From positions 575,814 to 639,813 of the forward strand of contig NMRA01000124.1 in NCBI GenBank assembly GCA_002633005.1: a stretch of 64,000 bases of DNA, read 5' to 3'. This document shows, piece by piece, positions 24,936 through 38,689 of this stretch. The notes under the pieces were generated by a model, which saw nothing but the letters and a program-made list of their open reading frames with translations, made no database searches and was not told where the DNA came from. The stretch is from Phoronis australis (lineage: Eukaryota > Animalia > Phoronida). Each line of letters begins with the position of its first letter. The stretch's first letter is position 1. The position numbers were made by a program, and so were the translations under genes.

Positions 24936-26422
24936 AGGCGAAGGCAACCTTTTTCCATGTCATTTTTAGCAAAAATAAGGTTCGTTGGTTATCCCAGATA
25001 TATTTTTTCACTTACGTAATTGTAGCTTTTCGGAATTACTCGTGCTCTACTCCGGAAGTGACGTTTTGGGAGGCAAGAATTTCGCGCCAATTTCTTTTCA
25101 TATAGTCTGACTGTGAGAGCTGTCGAGTCAGTCATTGTTCTACCTCGTTTGCTTTTGTTTACGAGTCAGACAACATGCCACACTGTTGCTGCGTACCGGG
25201 ATGTACTCATTATCGTCTCACGCGCGCTTTGGGAATACCAGGCTTTGCATCGCTTTCCAAAGGATGACACACTTCGCCGTAGGCCTACTTGACTCGTTCG
25301 TGTGAAGAACACAGCGTTACCCGTCAACGCAACGTTCAAAGCAGTTGAGGGTTACCGAGTGTGTGGCAAGCACTTTCTGCCGTCAGATTACGAGAGGGAT
25401 ATGTACGCTGAATTGATGAAGGCCCTGCGAAACAACGCCTGAAGAAGGGTGCGATACCGTAGCTGTTGATTCCCGGCAGTACTCCGTCGCCACCCCCGAG
25501 AAGTGCGTTTTTGAAGTGAGAAGCCTCGCGAGCTATGGCCACTACAGTGACTGGAGGCACTCCGTCTACTGTCGCCCGTGCCTCCGAACGTACAGAGCGT
25601 GCTATTTTGGGAACTAGCAGTGATTCACCCTGTACGTGCTTTTGTCTCTAACACAGAGCCTATAAGCAGCCGTGCAGCGATGTTGAGCTGTGGGAGTGAA
25701 TACAGGCTCAGTTCGACACCCAATGAAGAGGACAGTTCGTCGTCCAACGAACAGATCTGTGAGCCAAACTTTGTTAAGTTTATTGTGGACTAAAGTATTG
25801 GAGCTATTTAGAAAGTGCCAGGTGTGTGGCGAGGGAGTCACACTACGGAATGTAAGCAGTTTGGGTGTTCAGGTCAGTGGGAGTGTGTCGCGGGACACTG
25901 GAGCAAGTGAGCAGTTGTGCCTGTGCATACTCTGCCTCATTATACTCGGGCTCAAACATACAAAGTGTACACACCCACTGACTGTCCGTGAAAAAATTCC
26001 TCGTCACCACTGCTATATGAACAATATCTCCGTTACTCACGTCACTACTGTCACTGTGATATGGGTCGCCGACTCCAGTCATTTTCAGATTAATACAAAC
26101 TAAACAAACTAAAGAATCTCTAAATCCAACGTAACTGGGTTCTCTAACAACCTAATTTGTCGTAGAAAACTCGTCGATGGGAAGTGGTGACGACAATTAT
26201 AGAAAAACAGCCCGAAAACAAAAGTAGTACAGATCCTCACACTAAAGTCAACGAAGACCCAATTTGGCGCGAAATTCTTGCCTCCCAAAACGTCACTTCA
26301 GGAGTAGAGGACGAGTAATTAATTAAATTACGAAAAATTACAATTAAGTGTAAATTATGTCTGAGATAATCAACGAACCTTGATTTTTGCTAATAATGAC
26401 ATGAAAAAGGTTGCTTTCGCCT
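24936..26422 (+). mobile_element. Kolobok-superfamily DNA transposon, internally deleted
   Basis: TTAA at 24932-24935 and 26423-26426; termini aggcgaaggcaacc / ggttgctttcgcct (RR...YY); TIR similarity extends ~155 bp to gaatttcgcgccaa / ttggcgcgaaattc; contains a THAP ORF. Confidence 0.9.
25175..25872 (+). pseudogene. Decayed THAP-domain transposase N-terminus of the Kolobok element
   Basis: MPHCCCVPGCT.../LHRFPKDDTLRRR..*LVRVKN...GYRVCGKHFLPSDYERDMYAELM/..KQRLKKGAIP*, then an acidic/Ser linker and KFIV/WTKVLELFRKCQVCG; ends at a possible donor CAG|GTCAGT. Several stops and frameshifts; no DDE core is left. Confidence 0.85.
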
Positions 26423-29329
26423 TTAATAGTGCTTTCCTGCATTCATTTTTTTTGCGAAACAACCATCATGATATTCTCAAATAAAAGCAGGCGTATCTAT
26501 GATACTTGCTTGAAAAAGCAACGCTAAACTACAAAATGAGGAACCATGCCACACAATCCAATTCAAGTCTGGATACAACCAGAGATTGAAAACAGAAACA
26601 TGTCGAGGCTGTTACGATTGAGTGCAGTAATCCACACCGCACACGCTTCCAGAAGAATTGCGAATTGAAAAATTGGTTCACTTACCAACGGAACTCGAAA
26701 TATCGCCGAGAGTCTTCCCCCTTTCTCTTGCCCGCTTTATAGCGCGTCTACTTTGCTCTGATTAAGTGTGCGTCAAGTCATATCCACCCGTTCATCTTCC
26801 AAGCGTTGTGTCTCTGAATGTTATCAACAGTAAACAGCGACGCGCGTGTTCTGTCTGATAATAATCCACTCGCCCGACTAAACGTCCGCAGGAAACCTCT
26901 ACAGCATTTACTTACGAGGATTATAGACACAGTTCATTCCACTCGCAGCACTTAAACCTATAAATAAGTGTATTCATATTTTAATAGCAGTTTTGAGAAT
27001 GTTCATTTTTGTAGTCATCTCTGACGCAGTGGTGCTTATATACAGGGAATGGTTAGGCTCAACCTGTCGTTGCAACGAGAAATTAAAACAAGAAGAATAA
27101 TTTATTGGTCTATTTTCCACAATTACCGGCGCTCATCTACATCCTTCTACATATTGATATGTGATTAGTTTTGATGTTGTAATAGGATTTGAAGTACATC
27201 TGCAACAAAGTGCTTCTTTTGATGAGTTACCGATATAGCTCTTAAACAATTAATCTTTTAGATATAATTAGAGTTCTCTGTGTAGTGGCAAAGAATTGAG
27301 AAAGATGCGTTTGCACCGCACAAAAATCGGATTTTTAGGTAAGGAAGCAAGGAATGGCAACTTCAAGTATAAGACCAACGGGGGAGGATACAGGGGCGGA
27401 TCCAGGAGTATGGCCAGTTAGTTTGCTGATAGATATTACATTGATACAAAACTGGTCGAGCAGTGCAAGGGTTGAACCCTCAGGATCTCCTTCCCTCGTG
27501 TGTACTTGGCAATTACGACACCCACAGTCTCCAAAATGAAAAACAGCAACCAAGAAAAATGCCGCCCGTCATCACCACTCACTCACATACAAACGTAGAT
27601 TTCCCAAGAGGGGGTAACTTTTATGGTACGGTTGAGTACAAACAACAATTATGATATACTCCAGTGATTCATTTTGAGCGTTTTTATGCAAATATACTCA
27701 TTAACTGTTGATATATGGGTAATAGGTTTCAGATGAAACTGCTCAAGTGGGATCTCAGGATCATATCCAGGAGGTCCGACAACTGAAACCTTTGAAGGTA
27801 TTTTAAATGCTTCACTGACGGCTCATTGATTGAGGAATCAGGATCTGACCAGGGCACCAGGGCCTCCCTACCCGCGCACTACTTGGTCCTTTCTACGCAC
27901 AAAGCCTTCAGTTGTGCTCGCTATTCCCCTCTCACGGACCTTTTTTTACGTCACCAGGAAACGCTTTTCTCTCGCACAGACCAGCCCCGCTCCCGCACAT
28001 TATTCTCTGCCGTTAATGCTACCTGTACCCTCGCACGCCGTTCCTTCGTACGTGCCAGTTCGCGCAATGTGATAAAAATCTCCGAAAGTACAAATCGATT
28101 GTGAATAGTCACTACTTCTAAACATGTTCCCGCAAACTTTTGATGATTCGTTTTAAACAGAATCACTTCGCAACTAATGCCTTTAATCTATTAGTCTATA
28201 GAAATGAAAAGCAAGAACAAATTAAATATTCATATATTGACAATGGTTGTAAAGGATACAGTGAAATGCCATTAAACTCACTTTACGTCGCTTATTAGAC
28301 CATGCACATTTAATAGTGGTAAACATAAACATAAGCGAGATGAGTGACTACGGTGTTACGTTTATGAACATGTTACGAGAAACTGGCGAGTTTGAACTAA
28401 TTTCTTAAATATACTTTAATTACGATATTTCAGTGACCGTCACACTAGGCCTGGTTACATGGACGTTTTAATCGCTACTTTGATCGCTATGTAATAGTCC
28501 TTTCAACATACTGAGTAAAATCCCAACTTAAATCGTCATTTCATTGCTAAAAGTAGTGGACTTCACTCCACAAATGCCGAGGAAAATCTGACAGCTGCAA
28601 TAGATCACTTGAGTCACGTGCCGATACCGGACGTGGTTCACCAAACACATGCGCACTTCATGATGTGGCTTTGCGCATTTGCCTTAGAGCAAAAAACGTA
28701 AACTGTTTTTATTTTATTCCGAAAATTTGGTCTTTCAGGAATGCCGAAATCCGAGGGTCCAAGAAAGATAGCATGGCGTTTAATTTGGAGGCAATTTTGT
28801 TATAAGGTGTACTCGTTTGCAGAGTCGGGGGCTCTCGCCCGGTAAGGCGACCATCCTGTGTTTTCAACTGGGTGTAATATGAGTTGATTATCATAGGTTG
28901 TAAAATATTGGAGAAATGGAGGAGAAAATCACCATGTGAACAGTCGCAGATTACGGTTTTTAAGTGTAAGCGTAAAAATTACGAAGAGGTGGCGTAAACA
29001 ATTCGTATGTAAATACTGCTAATATCCGGTACTGAGCAAATAAATGTCTACATGAGAATGGAAGGCTGGTGTGAGAGGAGAGCGTATGACGTCATCAGAT
29101 AAGTCTAGTTTCCTTGGCCTGACTTCCTCAGTGGCCTCGCTTTCTGGAAACAATAAGCGATACAGCAATGGCATTTCAGTCTATTATTGACAATGCACAA
29201 GACACCATCTTCTAAATATTAACAAATGAATTGCATCGGAGCCTAGACTACCATGTTTCCCCAATAATGCTGTCGTTGAAACATGAAAGAACGTGTAATG
29301 ACGTCAGTCAGTAACTCGGCCTATTAAAG

Positions 29330-29640
29330 CAACAAGGCTCATTTACTCATGAACAAAGCTCCAAACTCATGAACTCGGCTCATACCTGTACGCTGGGTTC
29401 ATTGACTCACAAACACGATCTAGCACTCAAGGACACTGCTCCTGGATCGCAATCATGGCTAACGTACATGTGAACACGGAATATTCGCTTAGTCATTCAC
29501 AGGATTATTTTTAACCATTTCACTCAGTGAGCCGTTTTAGGTGCGTAAGCCCGGCCTGCTTTGTGAGTGCGGGGTCCAGTCTGCAGTGCTGCGTTTACAT
29601 ATCCGTGAGCCGTGATCATGAGTGTGTACGCTATGTTCTT
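29330..29640. repeat. Degenerate foldback element with short subterminal repeats
   Basis: Repeated actcatgaac..ggctc motifs on the left arm and inverted gagccg...catgagtg motifs on the right arm. Confidence 0.45.
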
Positions 29641-30709
29641 CGGGTAAACTAAAACGTCTTATTTGAAAATAAGGTTTAGGCTTTTCGTTTGATAAAATAA
29701 CCGGGCACGTTACCAAATCCCATCCATGTCACACAAAGCTCACGTTCATCTTCGTCAGTTTGTTGCTGTTCGCTTTAATCAGATTGGTTATTTTTGTAGC
29801 CTCAAATTCCCCTCGAAAGTCTACCCTGTTTGTGCATATTGCAGACTTCATTCTTAATGCCGAGGTCGACTGGAGTGTACAGCCCCGAAATAGGGGGCGC
29901 TAATTTGAGTGTTCATCAGCAATACAGGGGTGCGTTCCGTAAACTGGATGCAAGACACTCGCTAAAAAGCACAATCACTCAAAATGTGAACGAGTGAAAA
30001 GTAGGCGTTTGCAAGTATGCTCGGGTCCTTGTTGCTGTACCGTATCAAAATGGCGGCTACTGGAATGATTGGTAGGCAAGCTTGGGATGTTGAATTATTG
30101 GATAAAATTAAGGTGATATATATTCATTCAAGAATACACAGAATATACAAAGAAATAATGACAAACATAGAGATCACGAAACATTATATCTGGGTTGTAG
30201 GCAAATCATAGATGAAAGTAGTATACATAGAGGTATATCCATGTAAGTATTCCAATATTTAGATATGCTGATGTACAGATACATGTATGGAAATCAGGGA
30301 CAACAATATTTAAAAACGTTACATAAAAGATTGTTAACGTTGCTTAAAACGAATTCATTGAGAACAAGGTCAAAGTTAGGACTACCATTCAATAAAAATG
30401 TAATTTTAGTAGAGATATTATTACACGAATTGAGAGCTTTTACAATTGATTGGTTTTGAGTGGATAAAATTCACTCTTTGAGTTCCTTAAAAACCTAGTA
30501 GTACACGTTTTTAACCCTTATTAGATGGTTAAAACATGTTATAACGAAGCCATAAGTACCCAGGTTAATCCGAACGTAATTAGTAGGCGGAAATTATTTC
30601 ATTTTAACCTTCACTTGTCGCCAATTGGAGCCGAGTGATACAACGCCATTTTAGATTTGCCATTAAGTCGGAAATGAGATCCGTTACGGTCCACGATTGA
30701 ATAATAAGG

Positions 30710-30940
30710 CATGCACGCACCCAGGGGGCTCGAACGAAGTGGGCGAAAAGGTTCACCTTAGAGAAACAAAAACTCAAAAGAGTAGAAAACTAGACAAAAG
30801 TCCACTAAATGGGCAGGAACTACCAAAATGTGGCGAATGCACAATTCATAGCTCTGAACGTACCCCATTAATCTTAGTAAAAGGTCCACATTCTCAAAAA
30901 TTTCAGCCACCCCGCCCCATTTAGCCTGGGTGCGCGCATG
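30710..30940 (+). mobile_element. MITE family A, complete copy
   Basis: TIR catgcacgcacccagg / cctgggtgcgcgcatg. Confidence 0.85.
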
Positions 30941-33669
30941 CATGAATGGGCTAAGTATGTTTTACAGAGAGTAATTAACTCCGGTTAACGGTATCAACAT
31001 AACAACGAGCATGCAATATCAGAATAATTATTAAAGTTGCTGTATAGTACAAATATTCTGACAACTTGTGAAAATATTGAAAATAAATTTAGACAGGGAA
31101 AAACTGAGATACCTTCATCTCTGATGGTCGGCGGCCAACAACGAGCGACGTTCCATTTCTGATAGAAGGTCTACCAACTTCAGAAAGAAAACTTTGTATG
31201 TTGCCAAACAGTAATTTAAGTATAATGGCTTTAAAGTAAAAGCATGTCAATTTTCATTTGGCCTGAAGCGTTCATACAAGCTACTACAGGAGCCTGGCCG
31301 CGGACATCATAGTGTTGCACTGCTCCGCCGGGGCAGCATGAACACTTTTGTTAACTCCGTGGACCTTGAATAGCTGAAATTCGTGTAACCAAGAGATTAA
31401 AAATTTACTGCGTTGTGCCCCTGACACTACAATAATTTCCCATCGCCGACATTCAGCCCACTACAGTTCGCACTCATCCGTTTGGGTTTTCAATAGTGCA
31501 ATTTTTAATTTTAGACAAGAGAGGCGTCGATTGTGTTTTTCTCACGTTTTAACATGTTTTATCGAATCATTGAATATTAATGTCAATCAAGCAAGTAATT
31601 ATTTGCTGGCGAAATGACATATGTCAACTGAAGGGAAATTTCTCTGAGGTGTGCGGGCAGCAAACATCAACCACAGGTGCGCGTTATTGCAATTCAGGTG
31701 AGGAGCACACTGTTTTGAGATAAAAAATGTTTTGTTTGTTAGAACATCGCCTTGTGCCGGATGTTTTCTCTCACATTACATTTGTAACAGTTTAACGGCC
31801 AGTAAAACCGGGGCAAATTTGCTGCCAAAATACGAAATGTGTTGTCTGTGTATAGCAACACGGATGGCACTTTGTTTCACTTTCACGATGCGGCAATAAA
31901 GAAAAGACATTTGTCGATTTAGAAAGGTTACTCCTCTAATTTATTACCGGAACGGTCACTGTTGCTGAAATTTGACGTATCTTTGCGATGAATCAGAGCA
32001 CCCAGTGCTGGTTGCGGGAGATGTGACGTATTCATAATTTAAACTTAGGATTACATTAAATAATACGCGGCATGTGCAAGGAAGCGAGTAAGATTTGGAC
32101 AATAGATAATCAAATTTGTATAAAAAGAACCAAAATGAGAATCTAAAACAACCAAACAAAATGACAACGCATTTACGTTTAGGTCATGTCTATGCGTTTT
32201 CACGGTCAACAAGGAATCGTTCCAAGCAGAAGGAACACAGGTCACGCAAATAGACGGCCGAGGTACAAAAATGTGCTCAACAAAGCTTTTAGTTTGACAA
32301 CAGAAAAAATGAAAACATTATACCAGTTTCGTGTTCCTTAATTTAGTTAGTTAGTTTCAATTTTTGAACTAGATTACCCTTGGAGATAAGGACTTTAAAC
32401 GAAGATTGATTTCTCGTCTCAAGTGCTTTGCCAGTGTTTTGATTCAGCGGAACTCAATCCAGGCTGACTTTGTTGGTGGCCGCTAGGGTTAAACAGGCGA
32501 GACGGACGTTTTCATCTCAAAGAAATGTAAAATATTTTCTTTCAAAGCCGTTCAGATGTTTGACTCTTCTGAGTGTTATGATCAGGTTAGCAAATAAACA
32601 ATATGTCACCTGAAAAATACGACATATCTTTGCTGGAGATTATCCAATAAACCCAATGAAAATAAATGAATGACATTAAAACGAACGTATGTGCGAATCA
32701 ATGTTCGATCGATGCCCACTTCCAGGAACTGTCGACTAGCTTTTTCCAGTTCAAGACTGTGTTTTATGCACCTATAGCTATGTATTTGTGTTATTTATTT
32801 GTATGTTGTTTTAAAAAGTTTAGATTGGCATTGTATACGATACTGTTGTCAATGAATTTCACATTGATTATCACTGATTCAGTAACAGTACGAAAAATCT
32901 TTGATATTTTGTATTTTCTTTTCATATTAAAAGAATTAAAATAAAACAAAAATGTTTGAAGTTTTGATCACAAAAGTAAAGTCAAATTAGGTAAAAAGAC
33001 ATAAATCTGCATTCTTATGGTTCTTAGTCTATACAGTCAATAAGATATTTATAAACCGGTCCTCAATGTTTATTGCTCTGAAATTGTTATGACACCAAAA
33101 CAAATATCATACCATTTCCTAAACAAGGGACCTGAAAAAGAACAACACTGTTACTTATTGATAATAGCAATGTTACTCTTAATACTTTAAATATCTCGGA
33201 CTAATAAATAGTAAAGCCTCGGGATTTTGACGAAATTTCCAAGAGGTTTTGCCCGTGTCATAAATCTGAGACTAGTGTAGGATTTTTTCTCACATGAACC
33301 TTAAAAATGATATTTTGGCTAAAAATCTCGACGTGTCTAAAACTTTCAACCACACGACGCAACTTTTGTAAAACACGCTTGCGCAATGTATAGTAATTCA
33401 GTTACTTTTGTTAATACGTTTATTTTAAGCTTAACAGTTGTAAATTGCATTCACCTTTCGTAGCAAATATTCAAGTTAGAATCTAATAAATAGCCTTTGA
33501 AGTTGTAATATTAAAACTTTCCCGCGCGTGAGCACTGAATTGACCTTGAGACAGCATAGCTAGACATTTCTCTGCGTTTCTTGAGTTGGGGCTCGTTTCC
33601 GTTTGAATGAACGTGGATATGGAATTCGTCACCGAAGATGGGTCCGTTTAAGAAGTCGTTTGCATGTCC

Positions 33670-33920
33670 TTCCGACTGGGAGTACGTACAGTTGCGACAC
33701 CCGATTTTTCAATCATAACCTTGTCATCTTCTTGGAATTCTGGCATTGTTTGTTTGGCGTTTGGTTGTTTTAGTGTTTTGCTGACGATAAAATGTAAGGA
33801 GTGTGGATTTCTACTTTGCACTACTTTGTGATTCGCCCATGTAATATCGAAAAATTACGTACTCCGTGTTATTAATCAGTCGTGTCGTAACACATTCCAG
33901 GTCATGTGAGAAAACACATT
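33670..33920 (-). repeat. Dispersed repeat family F (inverted copy of 59770-60010)
   Basis: cataaccttgtcatc...gaattctggcattgtttg and ttgcactactttgtgattcgcccatg match the reverse complement of 59770-60010. Confidence 0.8.
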
Positions 33921-34141
33921 AATAGAGCAAACCTTTGAACAAAATATTCCGTAAATTTCCCAAGAGACGTAGCATCTTATACAAGCTTTCGTCATACCTC
34001 AGAATTGATTAAGATTCTTAACTTTTCCACATAAACACCTGTATCAATCACAGTACCTGGGGTTAACACAATTCTGATGGACTTAGAAAGAAAAAGAATT
34101 ATTCAAACGCGATTGTTATGCAAAATAGCGATTGCATTTAA

Positions 34142-34664
34142 AGAGGCCTGGTACGCGATAAACACACTAACTTGCAATATTGAAAGTGGTTCTATGACAC
34201 TAAAGCAGAATTCAACCTGTGCTCACAGGTATTTTTTAGGTTTTTTCGTAAAGATTTTTAATTTCTGTTGATGTCAAAAGTTTTCTTTTAGTTTCAAATT
34301 TCAAAAACCGATCTGTCACCTGCTCGCCACTTCGTCGATTTTTCCCCCAAAGCAAAACACGCTTCCTTATTTGGTATGGCTAGACGTGGACGTAACGCAT
34401 TTCTCTTATATGGAAAATGTGACCTTTGACCTCAAGCGACTTCAAGTAACTGACTGTGACCGCATGGACGCATTCATCAAAAGCGGGAAGGAGATTAGAA
34501 ACTGTGTGGTAACCACAGAGTGTTTCCTTCGCGCGTATTTCAAACATCGTGAATTTTGTGACTTTTTTCTGTAAAATTCCTCACAGGGGAAAGTAAATTA
34601 CTAGGCGTTGCGAGATGGTACTTTCGTCAGATATTTTTGACAAGCTTTCGCATTCCATGCCTCT
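34142..34664. mobile_element. Non-autonomous Kolobok-like element
   Basis: ttaa|agaggcctggtacgcga ... tcgcattccatgcctct|ttaa: TTAA flanks and an imperfect 17-bp TIR starting with AG. Confidence 0.7.
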
Positions 34665-37269
34665 TTAAAACCTTTATGTAAAAATTTTCAAGAAGTTAAA
34701 AACTTTTGATACCAAATGATTCTACGTAAGGAAAACAATCATATACGTTTTCACACATATTAATAAAATTCACTTTCTCATGGTGATCTTTTACTTACAC
34801 ACGAAAATTTACTCCTATCCTGAAATCTATCAAACTGGTTTGCACCGCGTTATTATTGCCGACTGTACAAGAAAGGGTCAAACCTGGGTACCGTATTTGA
34901 TACTCAACTAAATGTTTTCCTGGTTAATCTCCAAACACAGACTATGTTTGGAAATTACTTGTGAATATGCTTCATACACAATGGTTCATTAAAAATCTCC
35001 ATAAGAGTTAAATGTAAACAGGTAGTGTCGCACGTTTTCACTCAAAATGTCTCTAACCTGGACATGAATCTGGTGAAGATTTCTGTCTGATTCTTGATAA
35101 GTCAATCGGATGAGGTTGGCCTGAATTTATTTTAATATATTGACCTTAATTAGCGTTACTTAGTCATAAACCAGATGGAAAACGTAGGGTTAAGTTGAAA
35201 TCACCTGGTATATGTCATTGGAAAAGAACACTTTGTTCCGATTACAGGACAATTGTGTATCTATTTTCGTGCCTCACGAAGGTTATCCAAGAAATGAACC
35301 CCATTAATATTTAATCAACAATATTATTGAAATAAAATGAGAAAATTACAGATAAGAGGAAAATATTTTGATTTGTTGAAATATGTGGTTCAGAATGGTA
35401 AAAATTGGAAACAATGCCTCGCTCTTGAGATCTCTTCCAGACTCAAGATGCTAGCAACTCAAATAAATCAGTTATGTTGCTGTAGAAAGTGGCTTTCCAC
35501 GAGTCCACTGTTGAGTCAGTCATTTTGATTATCTAAGTAGAGTAAGGAAACTAGTACACGTGCGTCTCTCACAAAAGTGGATGGGAGGATTACTATGCCA
35601 TTATTTTTCGAGAAATGTATCGACTAGGTTTGTCGAAAGGTTGCAACTGTACAGTTTTCAATATCTTATGCATTGACACGGACTCGTTTCTCTTTACGAT
35701 AACTACGCGCTCTAGATTTTGGGGCGCATTTAGAAATGCTGATGGCGTCAGTAAATATGCGGTAGTTTTCAAGGTCTGCCACGTTTTTACGAAGACCATC
35801 CCTTAATTTGCATTCATACTGTTAGTAAACCCACAACACAAAGAAAACTAAGTCTTTAAATAATTAAGGCAATTAAAGCAGCCTATCGCCGTTCACCACG
35901 TTACTGGCTGATCAGCGAAGCCGAGTTGCCAGGGAAACAAACTTCATGAATAGCCTAAAATTTCTGTGTTCGAACAGCAGCGCAATATTCACATACTGAT
36001 GACATGAATTAATTTTCAAGCGCTGTTTTTTGTCATGTACTCCCTTTTTTAAGAGAACTTTTCTGGTCATTGACGGATCGACATAGAGCGCAATGTAAAA
36101 ATCAACTTCACAAAATGTGATGTTTCATGGTTCTCGCTGAATTTTCCAGAAAAACGACTTTTCGCGCGAAACTGGCAAATTCTGTTTCGTTTGTTCTATT
36201 AGTTAAAACGACGTGTCTGAGATTTTCTTTCAATGCCTTTGGGCCCGGGAGCTCGGATATAAAAATCAAGTATATCGTTTTTTCAAGGAGTCTTTATTTT
36301 GACGCTGGTGTTCTTTATCTTAAAGGCCCTGAGCCAAAAATCCCAGAAACTTTTGTGTACAGGTAACGGAATAAAGCAATATAATTTGCAAGTTTCATGC
36401 CAAAAATTCATGAATGGGGAAAAGGAATACAGACACGTAATTGTGAACATCTGAGCATTATATCAAAGATTTTAAAAATTTATAGTTTTATGGCTTTATT
36501 ATAAAGGCTTAAAAAGTAATCTAAGAAATTCGATCCTTAGTAACGAACGCGTCCTTTTACCCTGACGTCATGCTCAGCTTAGATCCCCTCATATTAAAGA
36601 GCTACATACACAAGTTTTTCTTTATTTGAAAGTCCAGTGAATGTAATCTATTGGGCCATGTTAATAAGCGAAAGCACGTCATGTATAATCAAAATGTTGT
36701 TTATGTTGCTGAAGGCGATTTTTATTACGCCGTGTTACCTTAAGAATAGCACACAGCAGAATTGTACATGTATGTCATCAGCCGACACAAACACAAAATC
36801 AGACGGTGTGAGTTTACGCTATGTGTGAATTAACTCCGTCTCTGCAAAGTTGCGACAACGAGTATACAGGAAAAAACTCAGCTTATCGACACCGGTCAGA
36901 TGATTTCATTTTGATACGCTTTATCGAAAAACACAGTTCTGCAGTAAATGGCTTCCCGCCAACGTAGAAGAGCGAGCACGTGACAAACTTCCCTGATTTG
37001 TGTAATACTTAGAGCTAATTAATGTTTATAATGCAAAACGAGACACGCCTTGCAACGACATGACCGGGCCTTGAAGATGAACGTTTAACCAGTGCATAAC
37101 AGAGCGCTGCAGAAGCACTTGTGCATATTGGTAGCAACCGCCTAGCTGGAGAAGGTGAAAATCGGGAGACTGGAATTGATGGAGACCGTGAAGGGGCGGA
37201 AATCGATGGAGACCGCGGGGTGGAGGTGAAATTTATTTGTTGGATAGAACTGCTCACGACCCGAGGGTG

Positions 37270-37270
<1 letters not shown>

Positions 37271-37349
<79 letters not shown>

Positions 37350-37354
37350 TCTCT
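37271..37354. repeat. (CT)n microsatellite next to a single-N gap at 37362
   Basis: Seen directly. Confidence 0.98.
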
Positions 37355-38689
37355 GTTGTCANCCTGGTGAGACAAAATTATACACTTTCACTGTATACGC
37401 TATAATTGAAAGATATACTTATTGTGCCTCCGATCATGTTCCCTGGACGTCAAAGAAATCACCATGAAGTGTATCGTGGTTCACTAAACATACCTGTTAT
37501 GAACAGATAAAAACTGTGAAAAACGTTTCGGACTTTTTGCAGTATTGAGCAAACCATATGACAACAGGCGCTTCATTCACTATCGTTTCGAGGATTCAGT
37601 GATAATACTTGGGGAAACAAAATCAGGCTTCGGGTGTCGTAAAATCAGTGTTTTCAACCACTTAACCAAATAAAATTATCTGCCATTGGAAGATAACCGG
37701 GGACCTAGTTACGTGCGTAATCACCTTGGAATCCGCTGGCGGTTGTGCCTAGACCTACACCATCAGCAAAAGAGATGGGACAGACACCTGACATTCAGTC
37801 ACACATCATCTCATACATTTTGTAGTCTTCAACAAGAAGTTGCGTGCATATTCATGTATACACGGAACCCATGTTAGGTTTACGTAAAAGCTTGTCTTTT
37901 GCATGTAGTAAATACGTTAACCCAAACAAGCCTATTACATCGAATGAGTGGAAAATGTGTGTAAGCTAATCTCAATGATGAGAGAATGTTATTAGTAACT
38001 TTAAGTGTATTCTAATTTAACCAATATTAGCATCCGGTGTTAGTGTCGCTTAATGAGGCACAAAAAGACTGTTTGTTTACAAAGACAACTTTATCATACT
38101 CTATTCTTGAGCGGTGAAGTGTTCACTTCCGTTATACAGAGAGCACCATCGGCGAGCCGTTTTCAGGTATCACTGATTCTAAATTTACGTCTGACGCCAA
38201 TTTGGCATCGCTATCAGGGCTCATAGATGGATTTAGGGGGGCCCAGGGGGCCTGCCCCCCCCCCTCCCCCTTGGCTGCCGCAAAAAAAAATAAAACAGTA
38301 AGAGCGTAGGGAAATGGTGAGTTTATTAATTAACCCCGGTAATTAAAATTATACGGATGAAGAAAGATTTAAATGTGTGCAGTTTTAGTGTTGGGGGTGC
38401 TCAAATCCAATTTCAAGTGTCAAATTCGGAACACGGCGCATTGGTAACGGAGCTATGGCTAAGTATAGGCTCTCCCGCGATATCCCAGGCGACCGGCAGT
38501 GGCGCTGAGCACTACGACTCCGTTTCCGTCGTCTGCTCCACTGTGCAATGAAGAAAATGTTTAAAGAAAATGGAATCTGAGTGACGATGAAAAAACAGAA
38601 GCTGCTGGTAAGATGTGAATTTTAATCGAAGCCTTAGTGAATCACTCAGAAACTCGCAATACTCTCTTTGTCAAACCAAGCAGGGAAAA

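Noticed and set aside
30040-30085. YY1-like aaaatggcggc plus CCAAT box as a promoter
   Set aside because: No associated exon or CpG island; such motifs are common in TE fragments.
37121-37467. ORFs with LSLS/RERE runs
   Set aside because: Translations of the (CT)n microsatellite across an N gap.
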